From NCBI GenBank assembly GCA_002358345.1, contig DEOR01000024.1, positions 1 through 60,261 of the forward strand: a stretch of DNA of 60,261 nucleotides, read 5' to 3'. Of this stretch, positions 19,243-28,727 are shown piece by piece. The notes beneath the pieces are model-generated. The model did not search any database. It saw only the letters and a program-made list of their open reading frames with translations, and had not been told where the DNA came from. Position 1 is the first letter of the stretch, and each line of letters opens with the position of its first letter. Made by a program: the position numbers and the translations under genes. Origin of the DNA: Proteobacteria bacterium UBA3413 (GTDB taxonomy: Bacteria > Pseudomonadota > Gammaproteobacteria > Magnimaribacterales > D2472).

Positions 19243-20100
19243 TTAGCTATTTTTTATTTCCTCAGGCAACGGCGTGTCATCCGGCAAGAAGAAGTCAAGG
19301 GCAAGCTTATCAAAAGGCACATCTGCGTATTTGGTAAAGTCTCTCACCCCTGCTTCAAATAAAACCAAGTCATCAATGCAAAAATTGCCAGAAAAAGTTT
19401 CAGGGTTTTGATTGAAAATTTCATACGCGGCGTCAGCCATAATCTCTGGGGTCCTAGAAATACTCATCAGCTCCTCGCCGCCTAGAATATTCTTGATTGC
19501 CGCAGTGGCAATGGCCGTTCTTGGCCATAAACCATTCACAGCAATTTTATCTCCTTTCAACTCTTCGGCCATACCTAAAACACACATACTCATTGTAAAT
19601 TTTGCCATGGTGTAAGCTAAATGAGGTCCAAACCATTTAGGCTTCATATCCAGGGGAGGTGCTAAATTAAGAATATGGGCATGGCTAGATTTTTTTAAAT
19701 GAGGAATACAGTACTTGCTCACCAGGAATGTGCCTCGACCATTAATTTGATGCATCAGATCGTAGCGCTTCATATCTGTATCAGGTGTATTAGTCATAGA
19801 GATAGCCGATGCATTATTCACACAAATATCAATGCCTCCAAAAGTTGCCACCGTTTCATCAACAGCAGCTCTGACATTTGCCTCATCTCTAACATCTAAA
19901 ATAATAGGGAGCGCGTCGCCGCCAGCAGCAATAATTTCTTCTGCTGCAGAATAAATCGTTCCAGGAAGCTTTGGATGTGGTTCAGCTGTCTTGGCTGCTA
20001 AAACTACTTTTGCGCCATCTTTTGCAGCCCTCTTCCCAATCTCCAGTCCAATACCTCGACTACCGCCTGTAATAAATAATACTTTTCCTTCTAAACTCAT
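19243..20100 (-). CDS. SDR family oxidoreductase (HSDL2-like subgroup)
   Basis: 285 aa. Motifs TGGSRGIG, NNAS and YTMAK (YxxxK). N-terminal half resembles hydroxysteroid dehydrogenase-like protein 2 type SDRs. Confidence 0.75.
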   Translation of the reverse strand: MSLEGKVLFITGGSRGIGLEIGKRAAKDGAKVVLAAKTAEPHPKLPGTIYSAAEEIIAAGGDALPIILDVRDEANVRAAVDETVATFGGIDICVNNASAISMTNTPDTDMKRYDLMHQINGRGTFLVSKYCIPHLKKSSHAHILNLAPPLDMKPKWFGPHLAYTMAKFTMSMCVLGMAEELKGDKIAVNGLWPRTAIATAAIKNILGGEELMSISRTPEIMADAAYEIFNQNPETFSGNFCIDDLVLFEAGVRDFTKYADVPFDKLALDFFLPDDTPLPEEIKNS

Positions 20101-20212
20101 CGATTTTCTCCAAAAAAATTTATTGGTTAGCTTGCTTTAAAAATTACAGCTTGTTGTTGCATTTTTAAAATCATTGATGCAAGTTAAAGAGTAATTATAT
20201 GCCGTTGAGCGG

Positions 20213-20836
20213 ATGACAGCCATGAATGTAGATTTTATTTTTGATTTTGCCAGTCCCAATGCCTACCTTTGTCACAAAGCAATTACTGAGCTTGAAAAGA
20301 ATCACGAGGTTAAATTTAACTACATCCCTTGTTTGCTGGGTGGAATTTTTAAATTAACTAATAATCAAGCCCCAATGATAGCTTTTGGCGAGATTCCCAA
20401 TAAAATGAAATACGAATTTGATACAGCTTTCAATAGATTTTTGAAGCAACATCAGATTAAAAATTTTTGTATGAATGAGCATTTTCCTGTGAATACCTTA
20501 CTCATTCTGCGCGGCGCCATAGTGGCTCAGAAAAATAATTTTTTTGAGTCTTACGTTGACGTGGTGATGATAGGCATGTGGGAGCGATCTTTAAAGCTTG
20601 ATAATGCAGAAACCTTGCATGAATTGCTGACGCAGTATGATTGCCCTGCTGATTTACTCATCGAGCAAATCTCTAACCCTGAGATTAAAGCTGAACTAAT
20701 TAATAATACAAATCAGGCAGTAGAAAAAGGTGTCTTTGGTATTCCGTCCTTTTTTATTGACGATGAGTTGTATTTCGGCAAAGAAAGCTTAAGGGAGATT
20801 AAAGATATGCTTTTGGAGTCGTCTGAAACTTTTTAG
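20213..20836 (+). CDS. 2-hydroxychromene-2-carboxylate isomerase / DsbA-like thioredoxin-fold protein
   Basis: 207 aa. N-terminal DFIFDFASPNAYL and C-terminal GVFGIPSFFIDDELYFGKESL are typical of the HCCA isomerase family. Confidence 0.75.
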   Translation: MTAMNVDFIFDFASPNAYLCHKAITELEKNHEVKFNYIPCLLGGIFKLTNNQAPMIAFGEIPNKMKYEFDTAFNRFLKQHQIKNFCMNEHFPVNTLLILRGAIVAQKNNFFESYVDVVMIGMWERSLKLDNAETLHELLTQYDCPADLLIEQISNPEIKAELINNTNQAVEKGVFGIPSFFIDDELYFGKESLREIKDMLLESSETF

Positions 20837-20877
20837 TTTTCCTCTTTTCTAAATTCAAAATAGTACAATTTAGATTC

Positions 20878-23172
20878 ATGAAGAAGATCACTACTTATTG
20901 TGTCATTGCGCTTGCAACTATTCCTATACATTTAAGCGCAACTCTGGCTAATCAATTGCCTCAAAGCCAGGTTGTACAGGATGCTTTCCTGGGATGCGCT
21001 AACCCAGAATACCCGTTCATAGAAAAACGTTTCTGGCCTACCCAAACCAGCGCTCTTGCGATTGATATTCAATCAAATGGAGTGGTGTTACTTAAAGAAA
21101 ATGTAAAAATTCCAATCGATGGAGGTACTCTCAGCGCTCAAAGTGCTAGCTATGATTCTAACAGTCAGTCCGTCCAGGAGATTCAGCAAGGGTCCTTGTA
21201 TTATTTAGATTCATATTTTCAATTTCAAAGCGGGTCTTTAAATGGGCAGTCAAAAAACTTTAGTTTTGTGGATGGTAAAAGTTATTTAGCTCAAAGAAAC
21301 TTATTGATTGAGTATGAGTCATTAACTGGAGAATTTGGAACTAATCTGCTCTTTAATGATGCGCGTCTTACCTCGTGCCTTGATCCATTATCAGGTTGGC
21401 AAATCTCAGGTAAAACGATTGCCATTAATGAGAGCTCCCAGAGAGGCTATGTCAAAGATTTAAGCCTCCACGTGCGGAATAAAAAAGTACTAAAGCTGCC
21501 CTACTTTCCTTTTACTACTTCTTCCGAGCGATTGAGTGGATTTCTTGAGCCAGATATAGGGATCACGAGTGATGGCTTGGATCTATATGTCCCTTATTTC
21601 TTGGTCCTTTCAGGAAAAAGTGATATTACTATGGCCCCGAGACTCCTCAGAGATAGAGGGGTAGGATTAGAGGTAAATTATCGATATCTGACGCGCGACA
21701 ACTTAAATAATTATCTCGACCTGATGTATTTTCCAGGCGATAAAAAAGCAAAAAAATACTATGCTTTGAATGATGCAAGGTGGGCTTTTAAATTGAAAGA
21801 TTCCAGGCAATGGCACAATATTAATGGAGAAATCAGCTGGGCTAAATCTTCTGATCCCATGGTCTTGTTAGACTTGCCTTCAAGCTTAACTAGTGTCGCC
21901 AACCAACAAGATCACTACCTCCCTCAATCTATGAAAGTTAGCACAAACGTCAATAATCTGAGCATCAGTATTGCAAGGCAAGGCTATCAATCCCTGAACC
22001 CATTTCTATCTGGTGGCTACGTTAAAGAGCCAGAAGTTGAATTAGCCTATCAATCTTTTATTGGGCCATTGTCTTATTTTGGAAGAATTCTATATTCGGA
22101 TTTTGATGCCAATCAGAAGAATTATAATAGTTTTACTGGCTCAACCAACCTCATTACTGGCTCACGAACAGTAGCAGAAATAGGGTCTTCTTCTAGGCAT
22201 CAAGTTGGATTCTTAAATATTGCATTAAATGGTTCTGTCATAACAAAAAAATACAGCCTCAACACTACAAGCAATGAGTTAAACTCAAGCACCATCCCCT
22301 CGTTCGATGCAACCTTCTCAGCAACTGCAAGGCAGGTAATGCCCCAAGGAGTCTCCCTCATCACTCCCTCCCTTTTATACGCAAGAACAAACTATCAAGA
22401 TCAGTCTCTAGATCCAGTATTTGATCTGCATATAAGAAGCGGCCATTACCTGGGCCCTCATAATAAAGACATATTTTTTGGTAAAGATAGAGTGGCAGAT
22501 CAGGAATATGTTCTTGCGCAAATTAAATGGCAAGCGCATTTAAATAATCGGCATCGAGTCTTGTTTCAGCTTACCAAGAAAAATGAACTGCAGGCTAGCA
22601 AGGTCTTCAATCAAATGCTTGGGCTTGATCTGAAGCCTGACCAGCGAACTGGTCTGAAGGCACAATGGGACGGCTTGCAAACTAATGCTGTAATAGAGAT
22701 CAAATATTCACACATAACAAATCAAACAAATTTTATGAATGCCTATTATGAAATTCAACTTCAAGAAACCCAGCTATCTGTCTCTCGAAAATTTAGACGG
22801 CAAGTTCCTTTGCTGGGCAGGGTCAATGAGTTAGATTATGGCGAGGTAACCCTGGATCATAATCTTGCTCAAGGCTACAGATTCTTGGCAGGCATTAGCA
22901 AGGATCTCTCTAGCAATAAAAACTTAGCTAGTTACTTTGGCATAGGTTATGAAAACTGCTGCGTTGCCTTAAAATTATTTGCATCAGATAAAAGATTATC
23001 AAAATATGATTTCTTGAATGCTGTATCTTTAGATGTTGAAGCGCAGGCTTGGGAGAATATGATTTCTATAGAAAACAAGAGTAGAATTAATTTTGAGTTT
23101 GAGCTGAAAGGAATTACAGGTTCAAAAACGCAACTAAATAAATTCTTTTCCAGTACCTTTGCTAACTTTTAA
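20878..23172 (+). CDS. lptD: LPS-assembly outer membrane protein LptD
   Basis: 764 aa with a signal peptide. Beta-barrel-like composition (alternating aromatics, terminal F). Conserved position immediately upstream of surA-pdxA-rsmA. Confidence 0.85.
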   Translation: MKKITTYCVIALATIPIHLSATLANQLPQSQVVQDAFLGCANPEYPFIEKRFWPTQTSALAIDIQSNGVVLLKENVKIPIDGGTLSAQSASYDSNSQSVQEIQQGSLYYLDSYFQFQSGSLNGQSKNFSFVDGKSYLAQRNLLIEYESLTGEFGTNLLFNDARLTSCLDPLSGWQISGKTIAINESSQRGYVKDLSLHVRNKKVLKLPYFPFTTSSERLSGFLEPDIGITSDGLDLYVPYFLVLSGKSDITMAPRLLRDRGVGLEVNYRYLTRDNLNNYLDLMYFPGDKKAKKYYALNDARWAFKLKDSRQWHNINGEISWAKSSDPMVLLDLPSSLTSVANQQDHYLPQSMKVSTNVNNLSISIARQGYQSLNPFLSGGYVKEPEVELAYQSFIGPLSYFGRILYSDFDANQKNYNSFTGSTNLITGSRTVAEIGSSSRHQVGFLNIALNGSVITKKYSLNTTSNELNSSTIPSFDATFSATARQVMPQGVSLITPSLLYARTNYQDQSLDPVFDLHIRSGHYLGPHNKDIFFGKDRVADQEYVLAQIKWQAHLNNRHRVLFQLTKKNELQASKVFNQMLGLDLKPDQRTGLKAQWDGLQTNAVIEIKYSHITNQTNFMNAYYEIQLQETQLSVSRKFRRQVPLLGRVNELDYGEVTLDHNLAQGYRFLAGISKDLSSNKNLASYFGIGYENCCVALKLFASDKRLSKYDFLNAVSLDVEAQAWENMISIENKSRINFEFELKGITGSKTQLNKFFSSTFANF

Positions 23173-23190
23173 TTCAGTACAATACCCATT

Positions 23191-24435
23191 ATGAAAAAAA
23201 AAATATATCTAATCCTCGTCCTCTTGGTAGCATCACCCCTTAGCGCAAAGGTAGAAACTCTCGACAGAATTGCAATTATTGTAGGAGATGGAGTCGTGCT
23301 GGAGTCCCAAGTAACCAGCATGCTAGAAACAATCAAGCAAAGATATGCTGATCAAGGTGCGGCCCTGCCTCCAGCTGAAGTCATGCTTGAACAAGTTCAA
23401 GAGAGGTTGATCATTGAGGAATTACAACTACAAATGGGAGTTCAAGCTGGAGTGCGAGTTGGAGATGGGGAGCTCAATCAAGCTTTTGAAGAAATTGCTA
23501 ATAATAACAACCTATCCTTAGAAGCTTTTATAGAATCTCTTGAAGAACAAGGGGCTTCATATGAAGATCTCCGCACTCAAGTTCGCAAGGAAATGATTAT
23601 CCAAAGGGTTCAACGAGGAAGGGTGGGCCGGCAAGTAAATATCACAGAGCAAGAACTTGAAGGTTTTTTAGCCACCGAGGGATCGGTAAAAGAGCTATCG
23701 CCTGAGTTATTTGTAAGGCAAATTCTTGTGGTAACTGAAAAGCAGGCAAAAGAGATACTCTTAAAAATTGAATCTGGTGAAGACTTCGCAGCTCTGGCAA
23801 AAGAGTTTTCAACTAATACCAATGCTAAGTCAGGTGGTGAAATGGGATGGCGAAATCTTGCTGATTTTCCTAGCTTATTCGCCGAAGCTCTTAAGCATCA
23901 GAAAAAAGGCTTTATCAGCGAACCTTTAAAAAGTAGTGCAGGGTTTTATATCCTTAAACTAGAAGATAAACGAGGCAACCTAGTGCGATTTGAAGAACAA
24001 TGGCATGTTCGGCATATCTTGATGATGCCTACAAAGATTAGAGATGAGCAATTCACTAAATCAGAGCTGGAAGAGGTGCGAGTGCGAGCTGAGTCGGGAG
24101 AGGACTTTGCATTACTTGCAAAAGAATTCTCTGAGGACCCAGGTTCTGCAAGTCGCGGTGGCGATCTAGACTGGCTGAGCTTAGGCAAAACAGCCAAAGC
24201 ATTTGAAAACATGATGGTCTCTTCCCCTGTTGAGGAAATTTCTCCAGTCTTTGAATCAGAGTTTGGGTTTCACTTCCTACAAGTACTAGGCAAGAGAACC
24301 GAAGATCTTACCGAAGAAGTCATTAAAGATCGTGCGTACGGTATTATCTTTGCCCGTAAGTATGATGAGGAGCTTGAAAATAGCTTGAGAACAACTCGAG
24401 CAGAAGCATTTGTTGAGTTCAAAGAATTAGATTGA
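23191..24435 (+). CDS. surA: Periplasmic chaperone / peptidyl-prolyl isomerase SurA
   Basis: 414 aa with a signal peptide. Two parvulin domains (FAALAKEFS...GGEMGW and FALLAKEFSEDPGSASRGGDLDW). Confidence 0.92.
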   Translation: MKKKIYLILVLLVASPLSAKVETLDRIAIIVGDGVVLESQVTSMLETIKQRYADQGAALPPAEVMLEQVQERLIIEELQLQMGVQAGVRVGDGELNQAFEEIANNNNLSLEAFIESLEEQGASYEDLRTQVRKEMIIQRVQRGRVGRQVNITEQELEGFLATEGSVKELSPELFVRQILVVTEKQAKEILLKIESGEDFAALAKEFSTNTNAKSGGEMGWRNLADFPSLFAEALKHQKKGFISEPLKSSAGFYILKLEDKRGNLVRFEEQWHVRHILMMPTKIRDEQFTKSELEEVRVRAESGEDFALLAKEFSEDPGSASRGGDLDWLSLGKTAKAFENMMVSSPVEEISPVFESEFGFHFLQVLGKRTEDLTEEVIKDRAYGIIFARKYDEELENSLRTTRAEAFVEFKELD

Positions 24436-25418
24436 AGCAAATACTCTATTCTCATGGAGAGCCGGCTGGTATAGGGGTTGATTTAATTTTGCATATTGCA
24501 AAATTAAATTTTTGGGATGCAATTAAAGCTCCGATTATTGTTATAGCTGATCTGGCACTTCTAAAAGCTAGGGCGGCTGATCTAAATCTTCAAATACAAT
24601 TTTTAGAACTCAAGGACCTAACCAAAGCTAAAAAAAATAAAATTGGCTCAATTCAATTTTATTGTGCAGCACCTTGTAAGGATAATATTGCTGGAACATT
24701 AAATCCCCATAATGCTGGTTATGTCATTGCTAATTTAAACTTCGCAATACAAGCCGCCCTCAAAAATTCTAAAATTGCTCTAGTAACTGGCCCAATTCAA
24801 AAAAGTAATCTGGTTGATGGTGGGTTCAAGAATTTTCAAGGACACACAGAATGGATTCAACAAAAGACTCGTGCAAAACATGCCGTTATGTTGCTGGCTT
24901 CCAAAAAAATAAAGGTAGCACTAGCCACAACTCATATCCCCCTGTCAGAAGTTGCTAAAAATATTAAAAAAGCCAGATTAATTAATATTATTAGGATTGT
25001 TGAGGAGGGGCTAAAGAAGAAGTTTAATATTAAGAACCCTAAAATTCGAGTACTTGGCTTAAACCCACATGCCGGTGAGAGCGGAAAAATTGGCCAAGAG
25101 GAAATAAAGATTATTGCGCCTGCTGTTGAAGCCTGTAAAGCGAAAGGAATTAATGTGTTGGGCCCAATCTCTGCAGATACGGCGTTTAATAAAGCTCTTT
25201 TAAAAGATACTGATGCGTATATTGCAATGTTTCATGACCAAGCGCTGCCCGTGCTTAAAGCATTGAGCTTTGGAGAGGCGATCAATACGACTCTAGGCAT
25301 TCCAATCATTAGAACCTCTGTTGACCATGGAACGGCTCTCGAAATAGCAGGCAAAGCGAAGCCATTGCTTGGCTCCCTCAAAGAAGCGATTGTTCAAGCT
25401 GAAATTCAGCTCAGATGA
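24432..25418 (+). CDS. pdxA: 4-hydroxythreonine-4-phosphate dehydrogenase
   Basis: 328 aa with a TTG start overlapping the surA stop. GEPAGIG, GLNPHAGE and MFHDQALP motifs. Confidence 0.93.
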   Translation: MKQILYSHGEPAGIGVDLILHIAKLNFWDAIKAPIIVIADLALLKARAADLNLQIQFLELKDLTKAKKNKIGSIQFYCAAPCKDNIAGTLNPHNAGYVIANLNFAIQAALKNSKIALVTGPIQKSNLVDGGFKNFQGHTEWIQQKTRAKHAVMLLASKKIKVALATTHIPLSEVAKNIKKARLINIIRIVEEGLKKKFNIKNPKIRVLGLNPHAGESGKIGQEEIKIIAPAVEACKAKGINVLGPISADTAFNKALLKDTDAYIAMFHDQALPVLKALSFGEAINTTLGIPIIRTSVDHGTALEIAGKAKPLLGSLKEAIVQAEIQLR

Positions 25419-26182
25419 GTGATAGAAGCCACCGACGAAAATTAGGTCAAAACTACTTGATAGATCCTGTCATTCTTTTTGAAATAGAGAGAGCCATTAA
25501 CCCGCAGATGCAAGATACTTTTTTTGAGATTGGTCCTGGAACTGGCGCTCTTACCAAGTCACTGATCGGCGAAGAAATAAAAATTATTGCCATGGATCTA
25601 GATGAAGATAATATCAAGTCTCTTCAAAAAAAATTTTCCCATGCCAACCATGAATTTATCCACGGTGACATCCTCCATGCACCACTAGATTTCTTATCTA
25701 CACAGATTCATAGGGTTGTAGGCAACCTTCCATATAATATTTCTACACAAATAATACTAAAATTAATTCACTTTACTCCGTATATTGCTGATATCCATTT
25801 TTTAGTGCAAAGGGAGGTTGCTCATCGAGTTTGCTCTTCTCATGGCAGTAAAAACTGGGGAAGATTGGGGGTAAAAATTGGAGCATTTTTTCAAAGCACT
25901 GCTTTATTTAATGTGCCCCCTGAAGCTTTTGATATCAAGCCAAAAGTTCAATCTACTCTCATCAGGCTCATCCCTCGCAAAGCTCCTCAGATAACATTAG
26001 AACAATATCAAGATTTCTCGACCTTTGTAGATACTGCCTTTGCAAACAAACGGAAGAACATCAACAATAACTTAAAAAAATTACCAATAAACTTGGAAAA
26101 ACTAAATATTAACCCATTGGCAAGAGCTGAGGAGCTTTCATTGGATGAGTTTATGGTCATATTTAAGGCAACTCTTGCGTAA
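25415..26182 (+). CDS. rsmA: 16S rRNA (adenine1518/1519-N6)-dimethyltransferase
   Basis: 255 aa. Motifs LGQNYLID, EIGPGTGALT and VGNLPYNIST. Confidence 0.93.
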   Translation: MSDRSHRRKLGQNYLIDPVILFEIERAINPQMQDTFFEIGPGTGALTKSLIGEEIKIIAMDLDEDNIKSLQKKFSHANHEFIHGDILHAPLDFLSTQIHRVVGNLPYNISTQIILKLIHFTPYIADIHFLVQREVAHRVCSSHGSKNWGRLGVKIGAFFQSTALFNVPPEAFDIKPKVQSTLIRLIPRKAPQITLEQYQDFSTFVDTAFANKRKNINNNLKKLPINLEKLNINPLARAEELSLDEFMVIFKATLA

Positions 26183-26183
26183 C

Positions 26184-26987
26184 ATGAGCACTTATGTAGT
26201 CGGTGATGTGCATGGTTGTTACAGTCAATTTTGCAGGCTATTAGATAAAATTAATTACAACCCTGTCAAAGATAAAATTATCTTAACTGGTGATTTGGTG
26301 AATCGAGGCAATGAATCTTTGGCTATGATTAATTTTTGCATGGATAACCCAGGGATTAAAACTGTTCTAGGGAATCATGATCTATATCTTCTGTATTTGC
26401 TATCAATCAATAAAGGCAAAGGAAAGTTAAAAAAAATTATTAAGGCTAAAAACCATAAAAAAATATATCAATGGCTCCTTAGCAAGCCACTATTTATTAA
26501 AGAAAAAGATTTGAAATCAGGCAATACTTTTTTTATAACCCATGCTGGAATCCCTGAAATATGGTCGCCTAATAAGGCGCAAAAATTAGCCAAAGAAACA
26601 TCAGAAGCTTTAAAGAAAAATCCAAGCAAATTTCTCGAATCAATGTGGGGCAATAATCCAAGAACCTGGAGCGACAGTCTTGAGGGATCAGAGCGATATC
26701 GGGTGATTGTCAACTATTTAACCCGTATGAGATTTATTAACTCTTCAGCCACCCTGGATTTAAAAAATACTAGTGCGGTTAGTTCAAACAATTTCAAACC
26801 ATGGTTTCAATACGACTCTAAAAGATATCTCGATAAAAAATACTACTATATTTTTGGTCACTGGGCAGCGCTAAATGGCAAAACCCACAGCGAACATTTT
26901 ATAGGTTTGGATACTGGCTGTGTGTGGAAGGGAAAACTCACAGCCGTGCGTTTAGAAGATTTAAAAAAAATTTCAGTGAAGTATTAA
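26184..26987 (+). CDS. apaH: Bis(5'-nucleosyl)-tetraphosphatase, symmetrical
   Basis: Start at MSTYVVGDVHGC. Metallophosphatase motifs GDVHG, GDLVNRG and GNHD. The track ORF start at 26145 would overlap rsmA by 38 nt. Confidence 0.9.
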   Translation: MSTYVVGDVHGCYSQFCRLLDKINYNPVKDKIILTGDLVNRGNESLAMINFCMDNPGIKTVLGNHDLYLLYLLSINKGKGKLKKIIKAKNHKKIYQWLLSKPLFIKEKDLKSGNTFFITHAGIPEIWSPNKAQKLAKETSEALKKNPSKFLESMWGNNPRTWSDSLEGSERYRVIVNYLTRMRFINSSATLDLKNTSAVSSNNFKPWFQYDSKRYLDKKYYYIFGHWAALNGKTHSEHFIGLDTGCVWKGKLTAVRLEDLKKISVKY

Positions 26988-26988
26988 A

Positions 26989-28005
26989 ATGGAAGTGTAT
27001 GAAGTGGGAGGTTGTGTTCGCGATGAATTAATGGGTGTCAAGCCCAAGGATAGGGACTGGGTTGTGGTAAATTCTAGCCCTAGTGAGATGAAGAAAAAAG
27101 GATTTAAACCTATCGGCAAAGATTTTCCTGTCTTTCTTCATCCCACCACGAATGAAGAATATGCTTTAGCTCGGACAGAAAAGAAATCTGGCATAGGGTA
27201 TAAAGATTTTATCTTTTATTTTGATAAAAATGTTACCTTGGAAGAAGACCTTCAAAGGCGCGATCTCACAATTAATGCCATAGCCAAAGATGCAAATGGT
27301 TTGATTATTGATCCATTTGGGGGCATACGGGATATTAAAGAGAAGATATTTCGTCATACATCTAGTGCCTTTGCTGAAGATCCTTTAAGAGCTCTGCGAC
27401 TCGCAAGATTTAAATCATACCCTCATCTTAGTGAATTCATAACAGCAACAAAAACAACAAAGCTGATTCAAGATATTGTCCATTCTGGTGAGCTCTCATC
27501 CCTGTCGGCTGATAGAGTTTGGATGGAGGTGAGCAAAGCTCTGTCCAATCTGAACACTGAAAAATTTTTTGAAAGCTTGTTAGAGCATGGGCTGCTCAAG
27601 CCATGGTTTATAGGGCTAGAAGCAGTCAGCCAAGATGGTTCTTGCCCAGAACATAAATGGGCAGAAATTCAAAGAGTAAATAATTTTTCACTTTGCAAAG
27701 AACTTCCCATACCCAACTCTTTTAAGAGAGCGGTTGATTTATTGCAATTAATTTTAAGACTCATTCAATGCTCGGAATTTGATGGCAAGCTCAGGCTGAT
27801 TGAAAGTTTAAATTTTCCAAGAAATAATCAAGAGCTTGAAGCATTATTTAATTTACCGGCCTTTCAAGAGCACGTAAAAATTTTAAGAGCAATTAAAAAT
27901 GCTGTGCTCAATATTGATTTTACTCAACTAGCAGATATTCCTAATCATGCAGTATCGGAAAAAAAACAATTCCTTTATCATGAAGCTCTGAAATCTATCA
28001 TATGA
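26989..28005 (+). CDS. cca: CCA-adding tRNA nucleotidyltransferase, short form without recognisable HD domain
   Basis: 338 aa. N-terminal half is near-colinear with E. coli Cca (VGGCVRDELMG, DRDWVV, FPVFLHP, EEYALARTE, RRDLTINA). The C-terminal part lacks the HPEIDTGIH and HDLGK motifs. Confidence 0.85.
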   Translation: MEVYEVGGCVRDELMGVKPKDRDWVVVNSSPSEMKKKGFKPIGKDFPVFLHPTTNEEYALARTEKKSGIGYKDFIFYFDKNVTLEEDLQRRDLTINAIAKDANGLIIDPFGGIRDIKEKIFRHTSSAFAEDPLRALRLARFKSYPHLSEFITATKTTKLIQDIVHSGELSSLSADRVWMEVSKALSNLNTEKFFESLLEHGLLKPWFIGLEAVSQDGSCPEHKWAEIQRVNNFSLCKELPIPNSFKRAVDLLQLILRLIQCSEFDGKLRLIESLNFPRNNQELEALFNLPAFQEHVKILRAIKNAVLNIDFTQLADIPNHAVSEKKQFLYHEALKSII

Positions 28006-28727
28006 ATAAAGTTATTTTAATTACGGGCGCCGCCAAAAGAATTGGCAAAGAGATTGCTAAAGAGTTTTTTCGCGGCGGTGCAAACGTTATTATTCATTTT
28101 AACCGCTCTGAGAGAGATGCTGTTTATTTGTGCGATGAGCTCAATGCTATCAGAGAAAACAGTGCTGTATGTATTCAAGCAAACTTAGATCACTCCAATG
28201 AGATAGAGTTACTTGCACAGAATGCCTTGGCAGCTTTTGGAAGAATTGATGGCCTAGTAAACAATGCCTCGACCTTTTACCCAACCCCAATGGGAAGCTT
28301 TACCACTGAAGACTGGGATGCCTTAATGGGCAGTAATTTAAAAGCACCATTATTTTTAATTCAAGAGTTGTGCCAGGAGCTAAAAAAACAATCTGGTTTT
28401 ATCATTAACGTGACGGACATTAATATTCATCGCTCTATTTCAAATCATTCGATTTATCTTGCTGCAAAATCTGGGCTAAGTAGTATCACCCAATCACTTG
28501 CAAAAGATTTAGCCCCTGAGATTCGAGTAAATGCAATTGCGCCAGGCGCAATACTAGAGCCGCCTCATAAAACATGGTCAGATGAAGAAAAAAATAATAT
28601 CTTGAAGGCCGTGCCTTTAAAAAAAATGGGGACAGAGAGTGATATAGCAAAAGCTGCTTTGTTCTTAGCTGAGGCTCAATACATCACTGGGCAAACTCTA
28701 AATATAGATGGAGGGAAATCACTCTAA
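28002..28727 (+). CDS. Pteridine reductase-like SDR (PTR1/FolM group)
   Basis: 241 aa. TGAAKRIG cofactor motif characteristic of PTR1/FolM-type SDRs, NNAS, YLAAK catalytic pair. Embedded in the folate-gene neighbourhood. Confidence 0.65.
   Translation: MNKVILITGAAKRIGKEIAKEFFRGGANVIIHFNRSERDAVYLCDELNAIRENSAVCIQANLDHSNEIELLAQNALAAFGRIDGLVNNASTFYPTPMGSFTTEDWDALMGSNLKAPLFLIQELCQELKKQSGFIINVTDINIHRSISNHSIYLAAKSGLSSITQSLAKDLAPEIRVNAIAPGAILEPPHKTWSDEEKNNILKAVPLKKMGTESDIAKAALFLAEAQYITGQTLNIDGGKSL

Noticed and set aside
20157-20182. Inverted repeat TTGCAT-N14-ATGCAA in the divergent SDR / HCCA-isomerase promoter region
   Set aside because: The arms are only 6 bp in AT-rich DNA and do not extend. 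There is no recognisable regulator nearby, so it is too weak to call an operator.
23194-23203. A10 homopolymer at the start of surA (and similar T9 runs, for example around 12818-12828)
   Set aside because: It encodes the Lys run of a signal peptide (MKKKIYL) in an essential-type housekeeping gene. Homopolymers of this length are common in AT-rich genomes, so there is no evidence for phase variation.
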